This document shows positions 17,336 through 26,324 of a stretch of DNA of 64,000 nt, piece by piece (position 1 is the stretch's first letter; each line of letters begins with the position of its first letter). The DNA is from a virus: positions 75,481-139,480 of the IMG/VR virus record IMGVR_UViG_3300021963_000037; one strand, written 5' to 3'. A program made the translations under genes and the position numbers. Below the pieces are notes generated by a model that saw only the letters and a list, made by a program, of their open reading frames with translations, was not told where the DNA came from and ran no database searches.

Positions 17336-18358
17336 ATGAAATTCGGAATATTAAATATCTACATCAATACATCATGTAATACAAATCGAGCAAATGGATT
17401 AGAAATCTATTATCTTCGAAAAGCATTACTCGAGGCAGGACACGAAGTGTCTATTATTGGACATAAAAATTTAAGAAATGCCGACCAAGAATATTATGTA
17501 GATGCAAATGAAGCCGAATGGGAAACTTATGATGGTATATTCATTCAATTAGCAAAAGATAATTTCTTTGGTGGTGGATTAAAACCTCATACAGTTGCAA
17601 TTGTTGAAGGTATTGCAAAAGCAAAGAACAAAATCTACAATCTTGCAACTGATCCAATGTTTCCACCAATTAATCCAGCTAGATCTTTAGCTAGATTTAA
17701 TTTATGTCAAGATTATGTTGATGTATGGGATGACCTAATCGAGGACTCGATTCAAATCTTTCCAGGAAAAGACATTAAGAAATTTAACGGATGGAAGAAG
17801 GGAAATGTAATGAACTTCAACTTATTCGGATATATTTTTAAGAATCTATTTACTGAAAGAGAATTGGCTAATCCAACCTTATTTCAAGGAGAAGATACTA
17901 AAAAATGGGATGTTATCTATTTCGGTAGAAACAGAAAAAGGTATCGTGAAAGCATGCTACAAAAATATATTCCAAAAGATACTAGAAATTTATTAGTTGG
18001 ATATAAAAGTAAAAATGTACCATCAACTCAAATAAATCCAGTTTCACATGACGAGATGATGTATCTTGTTAATCAATCTAAAGTTAGTCTAATTATTGGA
18101 GACGAAGAACATTTAGATAATGTTGTAACATATCGTTTTTATGAAACTTTAGCTTCTAATTCATTAGCAGCAATTCAAATTGAATACGATCCTAACAAAG
18201 AGCTTATTCAAGACCCTGTACTTAGAAAGGTATTATATGTTAAAAATGCCGAAGATGTTAAAGTACTAACTGAATTATATTCAAAGGATTTAATTGATCG
18301 TCAAAAACGAGAATTGGCCAGAATATTTAGTGAAATTAACAAACCTATAGAATTATAA
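17336..18358 (+). CDS. DNA beta-glucosyltransferase homolog (T4 BGT-like, GT-B fold)
   Basis: NFFGG, LATD, DVIYFG.NR..YRE, LIIGD, TYRFYETLAS align with T4 BGT NFFGG, LFTD, DVIYGG.FR..QRE, LIIGD, TLRVWETMAS. Confidence 0.85.
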   Translation: MKFGILNIYINTSCNTNRANGLEIYYLRKALLEAGHEVSIIGHKNLRNADQEYYVDANEAEWETYDGIFIQLAKDNFFGGGLKPHTVAIVEGIAKAKNKIYNLATDPMFPPINPARSLARFNLCQDYVDVWDDLIEDSIQIFPGKDIKKFNGWKKGNVMNFNLFGYIFKNLFTERELANPTLFQGEDTKKWDVIYFGRNRKRYRESMLQKYIPKDTRNLLVGYKSKNVPSTQINPVSHDEMMYLVNQSKVSLIIGDEEHLDNVVTYRFYETLASNSLAAIQIEYDPNKELIQDPVLRKVLYVKNAEDVKVLTELYSKDLIDRQKRELARIFSEINKPIEL

Positions 18359-18359
18359 T

Positions 18360-19028
18360 ATGCTTACAAAAAGTCAAAGAGAACTAAGAGCAAACTACAT
18401 AAAGTATCTTAATGCAACCGAAAGGATCGACAAAGATATGATTAAAGATTGCGTTATCCATTACATTAAACCCGAAGTAGATTATACTGATAAAGTATGT
18501 CTTGATTTAGGTGGAAACGTTGGTGGATTTACTAAATTAGCAATCGATCACGGTGCAAAACAAGTTATCACGGTAGAATGTGATGTTCGTAATTACACTA
18601 AACTTTCTGAAAGTTTTGCAGAAGAACCAAAGGCTAAAATTTTACATGCTGCAGTTTCAGGTTCTGACGAAAAAACAATTAAAATCTACAAAGGAACCAG
18701 AGGAGGTTCACATTGTTCTACATCAATCATGAAAAGAAGTACTTTCCATGACTATGATGAGGTACAAAATTTGCATATTCAAGAATTGTTAGATACGTAC
18801 AAACCAGATATTATCAAAATTGATGTAGAAGGTGCAGAGTATCAAATCTTAGAATATATCGAAGCTTACTATCCTGAAGTAATTTTTATTGAATTACACA
18901 TGGGAAAAGTAAAAGAGCATGCCCAACCAGCTATTGAAAGATTAACAAATTTATACCCAATTAATGAGGTTAAAAGTTTTGTTGTCTTTAAAGAAATTGG
19001 TGGTTACGATTGTTGGTTTAAAAAATAA
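18360..19028 (+). CDS. FkbM-family SAM-dependent methyltransferase
   Basis: CLDLGGNVGGF, VE, HAAV, IIKIDVEGAE. Confidence 0.88.
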   Translation: MLTKSQRELRANYIKYLNATERIDKDMIKDCVIHYIKPEVDYTDKVCLDLGGNVGGFTKLAIDHGAKQVITVECDVRNYTKLSESFAEEPKAKILHAAVSGSDEKTIKIYKGTRGGSHCSTSIMKRSTFHDYDEVQNLHIQELLDTYKPDIIKIDVEGAEYQILEYIEAYYPEVIFIELHMGKVKEHAQPAIERLTNLYPINEVKSFVVFKEIGGYDCWFKK

Positions 19029-19037
19029 AATAGTAAA

Positions 19038-20087
19038 ATGAGTAATATAATTGAAAGCGTAAATATGGATGTCGTAAAAGACATTGGTCGTTTCTTTAAT
19101 AAAGTAAACGAAAGAGCCCTTTATAATATGGGAGTGCTGGATAGTTATGATAGCGATGGAGACGATGCTCTTGGAGAAACTGTAGAGTATTTCCATCCTC
19201 AAATTACTCTAGATGACCGTATGAGATATATTATGGAGAACATTGTATATGCTCCAATCTCAATGGACAATATTATTTGCAATACAATTATTTCTCACTT
19301 TTATGGAGCTCGTGGAATTCACCAAGTTCTAACAAGAGATCCAAATCCAAAAACAGCATTAATTGATTTTGAAAGACTTTTAGTCGATCGAGATTATGAG
19401 AATAAAATTCGTAAGAATTTAGAAGATGCGGTTTCTTTAGGTTTACCAATTTATGGAAGTACGGAATTACGTACAAGTCTTTTTGGAGCAGCCAATAATT
19501 ATGTTGCTCAGTTAAGAAATCAACCAAGAGATGCTCATAAAATTAATATTCTTTTATGGGTAGCTTCTTTTATACCTCGAGGCATCACAGGAAGGATGGC
19601 CCAGGTTAAATCTCTAAACGAGATGTATGATATTATCTCTTCGCTTGAAGGAGTAGGACAGTACTACGGTTACCACTGTTCAACGTCTAACTCGGTAAAT
19701 CCAAGAATTCCAATCAACCATGACGAAAGATTTTGCGTACCAGGTCCTGGAGCAAGATTCACATTAGACCTAATGTTTGGAGAAGGTTGTAATATTCCTT
19801 ATGGTGATAGAGTTATTTGGTTCCGTGAAAATTACAAAGACCTTATTGGAGATATTCCTCTACATGAATCAACACATAATGTTTATGTTGATGGTAAGAA
19901 GATTTTCCAAGAAGAACAAAACGATCTTAAAACTTATGGTTGTGAAGTTGGTCTTTGTCAGTATGGCGTTTATTATCGCTTAAGAAACAATCCACATTTA
20001 ATTAGTCGTCGAAAAGTAGCAAGAACTGATAATTCAGTTATGGAATACTTTTTTAACAATAATTTTGAACAAAACTCGCTTTTCTAA
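19038..20087 (+). CDS. aGPT-Pplase1 / hmU-DNA-kinase-helical-like HhH-fold DNA base-modification protein
   Basis: LEGVGQYYGY (HhH), FCVPGPGARFTL, CEVGLCQYGVY; ends QNSLF. Confidence 0.65.
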   Translation: MSNIIESVNMDVVKDIGRFFNKVNERALYNMGVLDSYDSDGDDALGETVEYFHPQITLDDRMRYIMENIVYAPISMDNIICNTIISHFYGARGIHQVLTRDPNPKTALIDFERLLVDRDYENKIRKNLEDAVSLGLPIYGSTELRTSLFGAANNYVAQLRNQPRDAHKINILLWVASFIPRGITGRMAQVKSLNEMYDIISSLEGVGQYYGYHCSTSNSVNPRIPINHDERFCVPGPGARFTLDLMFGEGCNIPYGDRVIWFRENYKDLIGDIPLHESTHNVYVDGKKIFQEEQNDLKTYGCEVGLCQYGVYYRLRNNPHLISRRKVARTDNSVMEYFFNNNFEQNSLF

Positions 20088-20092
20088 TATAA
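20066..20092 (+). promoter_or_regulatory. Putative middle promoter TGAAC-N17-TATAA
   Basis: Variant of motif with 17-nt spacer. Confidence 0.55.
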
Positions 20093-20110
20093 TAACCTAA
20101 TAACGTTATT

Positions 20111-20533
20111 ATGAAAGCAACGAGTATCAAAAACCTTTTCTTAGACGATTTCAGACATCCTTATGATTGCATGAGCTACATGCCTTACCGAATCGGTACA
20201 AATGCAGCAATGTATACTCAACAAGAATGGTCAGTTGTTAAAAGCTATGATGAATTTACCAAGTGGATTACTTTAAATGGTCTTCCTAAAATGGTATCAT
20301 TCGATCATGATTTAGCAGATGAGCATTACAGTCCAGCAATGTGCGGAGACGGAGCTGACTATCCAACTGATTTTGATGAGAAAACAGGTTTAGACTGTGC
20401 AAAATGGTTAGTTAATTATTGTATCGACAATAAATTAGAATTTCCATGTTTTGAAGTACATTCAATGAATCCAGTTGGCTCAGAACGAATTAAAAATTAT
20501 ATTCAAGATTACATCAAATTTAGTAAACAATAA
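20111..20533 (+). CDS. Cyclic-phosphate-processing receiver-like domain protein
   Basis: LFLDDFR, VKSYDEF, SFDHDL, TGLDCAKWL, HSMNPVG. Confidence 0.8.
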   Translation: MKATSIKNLFLDDFRHPYDCMSYMPYRIGTNAAMYTQQEWSVVKSYDEFTKWITLNGLPKMVSFDHDLADEHYSPAMCGDGADYPTDFDEKTGLDCAKWLVNYCIDNKLEFPCFEVHSMNPVGSERIKNYIQDYIKFSKQ

Positions 20534-20556
20534 TAAATAAAACTATAGAATAGTAT

Positions 20557-21024
20557 ATGGCAAACATTGATAACGAATGTAAAGATTTAGAAGTAAATGA
20601 CTTCTATGATAAATCCACCACACATCTGGCGGATATAATGAATCACCAAAAAGAAATGCAAGAAAAAACTTATGGATTTGATTTTGACAATATGTCAATC
20701 AAAGACATTATGAATTTCTGGCATGTTAATACACACGCAGTAGTTGATGAAATTCATGAAATGACTGATGCTCTTGGTGGTATTAAAGATGGAGATGGTA
20801 ATGCAGTTTGGAAATATTGGAAAACAGCTCATACTAAATATGAGAACATGAAAATTTCCGATCTTTCAGAAAATGATCGTAAAGAACTTTATATGGAATG
20901 GGTAGATATTCTACACTTCTTTATAAATTATGCTGCTTCTATCGGACTAGACGCCAAAACAGCATACAATTACTACTTTGCAAAAGCAGAAGAGAATAAG
21001 CAACGCCAAAAACGAGGATATTAA
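20557..21024 (+). CDS. All-alpha dUTPase/dCTPase (T4 gp56-like)
   Basis: DEIHEM, WKYWK, EWVDILHF, KAEENKQRQKRGY. Confidence 0.85.
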   Translation: MANIDNECKDLEVNDFYDKSTTHLADIMNHQKEMQEKTYGFDFDNMSIKDIMNFWHVNTHAVVDEIHEMTDALGGIKDGDGNAVWKYWKTAHTKYENMKISDLSENDRKELYMEWVDILHFFINYAASIGLDAKTAYNYYFAKAEENKQRQKRGY

Positions 21025-22433
21025 TGTTATTAGACATCGAACAAAGAGACAAAGAGGTTATGGTTTCCTTTTATAATAAAGAAGGAGAAGTAGCTTTTAA
21101 AAGATACCCAATCAATCAATACCAAAACTGGTTTGTTTGTGATGCTAAAGATCGTGAAGCAAGTACTCAATTTAAAAATTGGGATAATCGTCCCGTTAAA
21201 TTAGGTACATCTAGACAATATAATAAGTTTTCATTGGTGTATTTTATGGATAATCTTCCTGCGAAAGACAAAGAAGAGATTTATGCATACAATATGCCAA
21301 AGACTTATTTTGTCGATATTGAGACTGAAATTGTTGATGGTTTCCCTAAAGCAGAAGAAGCTAAATCTAGAATCTTAACTTTCTCAATTATTACTCCAAA
21401 TAAAAAGACAATTGTTCTAGGATTAGAAGACCTTTCACCAGAACAAATCAGTCAAATTGAAAAAGATACTAATGAGTATTTCAAACAATTAGATTCTGAT
21501 TGGACTTTCCAATATATTAAGTTTAAATCTGAGTATGATATGGTTTATACGTTCTTGTATAAATTCATGCCTAAATTCCCAATGATGTCAGGTTGGAACT
21601 TTATCAACTATGACTGGCAATATATTGTTAATCGTTGTAAAAGATTACAAATTGATATTGCAGATTCAGCATTGACTAAAGCAGTAGATTCTACCGATTC
21701 AAGACCACTTCACATGGGTATTCTTGATTACATGCAGTTATATGACAAATATGATAAATCTGTAAAAGTTAAAGAATCAAATGCTCTTGAATATGTTGCA
21801 GGTCAAGTTCTAGGTTTTGGTAAAATTAAATACAATGGTGGTTTACAAGACCTTTATCGTGATGATTTTAAAAAGTATGTTTATTATAACGTAGTCGATA
21901 GTGTGTTAGTATATTACATTGACCAGAAATTAAAATCAATGGATGTACTTCTAACACTTGCAAATATTACACAAATGCCTCTTTATAAAGCAGCTTCTCC
22001 AGTTGCTGTAACTGAAGCATTAATTGCCCGTAAAATGGCAGAGTCTGGTTTTAGAATCGGAACTGAACAAAGATCCGACGGTAAAAAAGATACTCAATAT
22101 GCTGGAGCATTTGTAAAAGAACCTAAAGTTGGTTTCTATCGTGGAGTAAGTGCATTTGACTTTGCATCTCTATATCCTTCGATTATGAGACAATTTAATA
22201 TTTCTCCAGATGCATTCGTTGAAAAAGTTCCAGCTTCTAAAATCGAAGAACGTAGACAAGATAAAAATGTTATTGTTTGCGAAAATGGTGTTGTTTATCG
22301 AAATGAAGATTCGATGTTAAAAATGATTCTTACAGATTTGTATTCAAAAAGAAAGCAGTACAAATCTACTTCGTATGAATATTATACAAAAGCAGAGCAC
22401 TATAAAAAGCTGTTAGAAAAGAAAAAAGATTAA
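21024..22433 (+). CDS. Family B DNA polymerase, N-terminal subunit (gp43A)
   Basis: ExoI DIETE, ExoII GWNFINYD, ExoIII YNVVD, motif A FDFASLYPS; stops within the fingers. Confidence 0.93.
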   Translation: MLLDIEQRDKEVMVSFYNKEGEVAFKRYPINQYQNWFVCDAKDREASTQFKNWDNRPVKLGTSRQYNKFSLVYFMDNLPAKDKEEIYAYNMPKTYFVDIETEIVDGFPKAEEAKSRILTFSIITPNKKTIVLGLEDLSPEQISQIEKDTNEYFKQLDSDWTFQYIKFKSEYDMVYTFLYKFMPKFPMMSGWNFINYDWQYIVNRCKRLQIDIADSALTKAVDSTDSRPLHMGILDYMQLYDKYDKSVKVKESNALEYVAGQVLGFGKIKYNGGLQDLYRDDFKKYVYYNVVDSVLVYYIDQKLKSMDVLLTLANITQMPLYKAASPVAVTEALIARKMAESGFRIGTEQRSDGKKDTQYAGAFVKEPKVGFYRGVSAFDFASLYPSIMRQFNISPDAFVEKVPASKIEERRQDKNVIVCENGVVYRNEDSMLKMILTDLYSKRKQYKSTSYEYYTKAEHYKKLLEKKKD

Positions 22434-22488
22434 CTCCCGGACTATGCCGACAAGGTTATCTTTAATATATAAAGAAACCCCCAGTACT

Positions 22489-22521
22489 TGGCCTAGAACT
22501 TAAAACTCTAGGCCATTCTAG
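22489..22521 (+). promoter_or_regulatory. Hairpin in nrdB leader
   Basis: TGGCCTAGA-ACTTAAAAC-TCTAGGCCA, no T run; AATATATA box at 22464-22471 upstream. Confidence 0.5.
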
Positions 22522-22551
22522 TCTAAATCAAAAGTAAAAAAAATTAAAAAA

Positions 22552-23568
22552 ATGGAAAATTCAAAATCATCATTATTTGTTGAAAGAGTTGAGTATAAGC
22601 CGTTTGAATATCCAATGTACTATACGGAAGGATGGCTTCCGGTTATGCAAGCACATTGGCTTCATACTGAAATTTCAATGCAAGGCGATCTTAAAGATTG
22701 GAATGAAAATTTAACACCTTCTGAAAAGAATCTTGTAGGAAATATATTGTTAGGGTTTGCTCAAACCGAATGTGCAGTTTCAGATTACTGGACTAATATG
22801 GTAACTAAATGGTTCCCAAAACATGAAATTAGACAAATGGCGATGGCTTTTGGTGCAAATGAAACAGTTCATGCCGTAGCATATTCTTATTTAAATGAAA
22901 CATTAGGCTTAGAAAACTTTGCAGCATTTCTTAAAGAGCCTGCAACATCTCAGAAATTTGAATTCTTAGTTGAAACTAATAATGATTACACTCATTTAGA
23001 TTTGCAACATAATTCAGATGCTAGAAAGGACGTAGCCCGATCACTTGCAATCTTCTCTGCTTTCGCTGAAGGAGTTTCACTATATTCATCATTTGCAGTT
23101 TTATATTCATTCCAGATGCGTAACCTACTTAAAGGTATTGGTCAGCAAATGAAATGGTCAGTTAGAGATGAATCACTACACTCTAAGATGGGTTGTCAAC
23201 TTTTCCGCCACATGTGCGAAGAATATCCTGAATTAAAAGAATCTGTACAATCACAAGTTGAAGAAGCTGCAAAATTAATGGTTGAAATGGAATTTCAATT
23301 CATTGATAAAATGTTTGAAATGGGAGACCTTGAAAACATGCAAGCTACCGACCTTAAAGAATTTATTAAGAAAAGAGCAAATGAAAAACTTAATGAATTA
23401 GGATATGAAAGCATTTTTCATTATAGTGAAGCGATGGCTAGTCAATTAGACTGGTTCTATCACTTAACCGGAGGACATACACATACTGACTTCTTTGCAA
23501 TTCGACCAACCGACTACTCAAAAGCAGGAGAAGATGAGAATTGGGACGAGGATGACATGTTCTCATAA
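22552..23568 (+). CDS. nrdB: Ribonucleotide reductase class Ia beta subunit
   Basis: YKPFEYP, ETVHAVAYS, EGVSLYSSF, RDESLH, DFF. Confidence 0.95.
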   Translation: MENSKSSLFVERVEYKPFEYPMYYTEGWLPVMQAHWLHTEISMQGDLKDWNENLTPSEKNLVGNILLGFAQTECAVSDYWTNMVTKWFPKHEIRQMAMAFGANETVHAVAYSYLNETLGLENFAAFLKEPATSQKFEFLVETNNDYTHLDLQHNSDARKDVARSLAIFSAFAEGVSLYSSFAVLYSFQMRNLLKGIGQQMKWSVRDESLHSKMGCQLFRHMCEEYPELKESVQSQVEEAAKLMVEMEFQFIDKMFEMGDLENMQATDLKEFIKKRANEKLNELGYESIFHYSEAMASQLDWFYHLTGGHTHTDFFAIRPTDYSKAGEDENWDEDDMFS

Positions 23569-23600
23569 GAATAAATAAACAATACAAATTAATATTTTAG

Positions 23601-25418
23601 ATGGATCAAATCAATCACGGAGAACAACAAGGCTGGGAACTAGGAGTAGATTTCCCAGTTTGGGGTAATACAGAAATTTACGTTAAAACGATATCAAAAG
23701 GATATTTGTTAAAAGGTGAAACACCTAAAGATGCTTATTGGAGAGTTTCAACAAGCGTTGCAAAAAGATTAGGAAAGCCTGAATTGGCAAGCAAATTCTT
23801 CGATTATATTTGGAAAGGTTGGTTAAACTTGGCTACTCCAGTTTTATCAAATACCGGTACTGAAAGAGGATTACCAATTTCATGTTTTGGCATTGATGTC
23901 GCTGATTCTATTGCCGATATCGGTGGTAAGAATTTAGAAATGATGTTACTTGCAAAACACGGTGGTGGAGTTGGAATTGGCGTAAATCAAATTCGTCCAG
24001 CTGGAGCAAATATTTCTCAAAACGGTACATCTGATGGTGTAGTTCCTTTCATTAAAATTTACGATAGTTCAGTTCTAGCAACCAATCAAGGGTCAGTTAG
24101 AAGAGGAGCAGCATCAGTAAATATTGATATTGAACATGGTGATTTTTGGGAATGGTTAGAAATTAGAGAACCTAAAGGAGATGTTAATCGTCAATCTTTA
24201 AATATGCACCAATGTGTTGTTGTTTCAGATAGTTTTATGGGAAAATTAGAAGCTGGAGACAAAGAAGCAAGAAAACGTTGGGCTGCAGTTCTTAGAAAAA
24301 GAAAATCAACAGGAGAGCCTTATGTAATGTACAAAGGAAATGTTAATAGAGCAAATCCTGAAGCGTACAAACAAAATGGTTTAAAAGTTTATATGACCAA
24401 TATTTGTTCAGAAATTACTTTACACACTGATGAGAATCACTCATTCGTTTGTTGTTTAAGTTCATTGAACTTGGCTAAATATGATGAGTGGAAAAATACT
24501 GACTTAGTATATACATCAACTCAATTTTTAGATGGAGTTCTTTCTGAATTTATTAGTCGTGCAAAATACATGAGAGGATTTGAAAACTCAGTTCGTTCTG
24601 CTGAAAAAGGTAGAGCATTAGGACTTGGAGTTTTAGGATGGCACACATATTTACAAGATCGTAATATTCCATTTGATTCCCTAATGGCTCAATTTGAAAC
24701 TAGAAAGATTTTTAGTCAAATCAAAATTGAATCTGAAAGAGCAAGTAGAGATATGGCGACAGAATATGGTGAACCACTTTGGTGTGTTGGAACTGGAATG
24801 AGAAATACACATTTACGTGCAATTGCTCCTACAGTTTCTAACTCTAAATTGTCTGGTAATGTTTCTGCAGGTATTGAACCTTGGGCAGCAAACGTATTTA
24901 CTGAACAAACCGCTAAAGGTACTTTTATTAGAAAGAATCCAACATTAGAAAAAGCTCTATCACTTGTTAAAAAGAATAATAAAGATACATGGGATCAAAT
25001 TCTAGCTGATGGCGGATCAGTTCAAGGATTAGACTGGATGGATGAATACTTTGTAAAAATTGGAGAGAAATTAGAAGAGAAAGCAGGACGTCCTATCCAT
25101 ATCAAATTTATGGCTGAAATGTCAGATATGGAAAAATCAGAATTCATTCCAATGAAAGATGCTTATAGAACATTTAAAGAAATTAATCAAATGGAATTAG
25201 TTAAACAGGCAGGTCTTCGTCAACAATATGTCGACCAAGCAGTTTCATTAAACTTAGCATTTCCAAATGAGGCCGAACCTAAATTTATCAATCAAGTGCA
25301 TTTAGAAGCTTATAATCAAGGAATCAAAACGCTTTATTATATGAGAACTGAATCAGTACTTAGAGGAGATATAGCACAAAGAGCAATGGATCCTGATTGC
25401 TTGAGTTGCGATGGATAA
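23601..25418 (+). CDS. nrdA: Ribonucleotide reductase class Ia alpha subunit (no ATP cone)
   Basis: ATPVLSN, ISCF, GGGVG, TNICSEI, AIAPT, KTLYY, C-terminal CLSC. Confidence 0.95.
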   Translation: MDQINHGEQQGWELGVDFPVWGNTEIYVKTISKGYLLKGETPKDAYWRVSTSVAKRLGKPELASKFFDYIWKGWLNLATPVLSNTGTERGLPISCFGIDVADSIADIGGKNLEMMLLAKHGGGVGIGVNQIRPAGANISQNGTSDGVVPFIKIYDSSVLATNQGSVRRGAASVNIDIEHGDFWEWLEIREPKGDVNRQSLNMHQCVVVSDSFMGKLEAGDKEARKRWAAVLRKRKSTGEPYVMYKGNVNRANPEAYKQNGLKVYMTNICSEITLHTDENHSFVCCLSSLNLAKYDEWKNTDLVYTSTQFLDGVLSEFISRAKYMRGFENSVRSAEKGRALGLGVLGWHTYLQDRNIPFDSLMAQFETRKIFSQIKIESERASRDMATEYGEPLWCVGTGMRNTHLRAIAPTVSNSKLSGNVSAGIEPWAANVFTEQTAKGTFIRKNPTLEKALSLVKKNNKDTWDQILADGGSVQGLDWMDEYFVKIGEKLEEKAGRPIHIKFMAEMSDMEKSEFIPMKDAYRTFKEINQMELVKQAGLRQQYVDQAVSLNLAFPNEAEPKFINQVHLEAYNQGIKTLYYMRTESVLRGDIAQRAMDPDCLSCDG

Positions 25419-25425
25419 AATTCCG

Positions 25426-25513
25426 GTGTCTATATTTATATAGACACATTTTAGGACCGTTATAGTTAACGGGTTGGGCAGAGAAACGTTCGCTACTATC
25501 TCTGCCCTTTTTT
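25426..25513 (+). ncRNA. Three-hairpin structured element ending in terminator
   Basis: GTGTCTATA/TATAGACAC, CCGTTA/TAACGG, GGGCAGAGA/TCTCTGCCC followed by T run. Confidence 0.5.
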
Positions 25514-25515
25514 AT

Positions 25516-25542
25516 GAAACAAATACTGATTACTCCATATAA
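25516..25542 (+). promoter_or_regulatory. Putative middle promoter GAAAC-N17-TATAA (clamp operon)
   Basis: Exact motif and spacing. Confidence 0.7.
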
Positions 25543-25577
25543 GTATCATATCAAACGTTTCTAAAAAAAGTTTATTC

Positions 25578-26324
25578 ATGAAATTACACATTGACAAAGT
25601 AGACCAAAACAATTTTATTGGTTTCGTAAACAGATTGAAACTTATTGACTCTTTTATCTATTTTAAGATTAAAGGCGATCAAGTAGTTTCTTCAGCTTAC
25701 TTGCCACAGCGAGATGCTGTGAAGCACAACGCTCTTCCACTAGGAGAGATTTTCGTAACATCAGGCGAAACACCTGAAAAAGAATTAAAAGTTGCATTTT
25801 TCGATGCTGCTAAATTAATCGAAGCATTTAAACAATTCGACTACCAAGGTATTCATGGTGAAATCGAATATATTGAAAATGATGAAGATTGCGTAGCAAC
25901 AAGCTTTAAAATCTTTAATGATGATTTAGAAATCACATTATCATGTTCAGAACCTTCTTTAGGTTACAAAGATTTAACAGAATCTCAATTACAAGGTATC
26001 TTCAATACTGAAGGATCTGATTTCGTATTCGAATTAAGTAATGTAGAAGCTGGAAAAATCAAATCTTTATTCAACTTAGATAAAGATGAAACATTTAGTA
26101 TCTCATCTTCTGATGACGGTGTTAAAATCAGCGGTAAATCATACAACAAATTAGTAAGTACTGAATTTGAAGGTGATAAAGCAAGCGTAACAGTTTATAA
26201 AAAGTATTTGAGTTTACTTGACAAAGAGGACTACAAAGCTTATGTATTCGGTAACCGCGTAGTATTACGTTCTACTGAATCTGCAACTTTATTAACTATT
26301 GCAACTTGCCAATCTGCTGATTAA
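25578..26324 (+). CDS. Probable sliding clamp (gp45-like)
   Basis: 248-aa acidic beta/alpha pattern in two halves; position directly before polymerase C-subunit; clamp loaders encoded in window. Confidence 0.6.
   Translation: MKLHIDKVDQNNFIGFVNRLKLIDSFIYFKIKGDQVVSSAYLPQRDAVKHNALPLGEIFVTSGETPEKELKVAFFDAAKLIEAFKQFDYQGIHGEIEYIENDEDCVATSFKIFNDDLEITLSCSEPSLGYKDLTESQLQGIFNTEGSDFVFELSNVEAGKIKSLFNLDKDETFSISSSDDGVKISGKSYNKLVSTEFEGDKASVTVYKKYLSLLDKEDYKAYVFGNRVVLRSTESATLLTIATCQSAD

Noticed and set aside
22434-26323. Intron or split intein explaining the divided polymerase
   Set aside because: The gap holds intact nrdB, nrdA and clamp genes; no Cys/Ser-start or His-Asn intein ends and no group I core are evident
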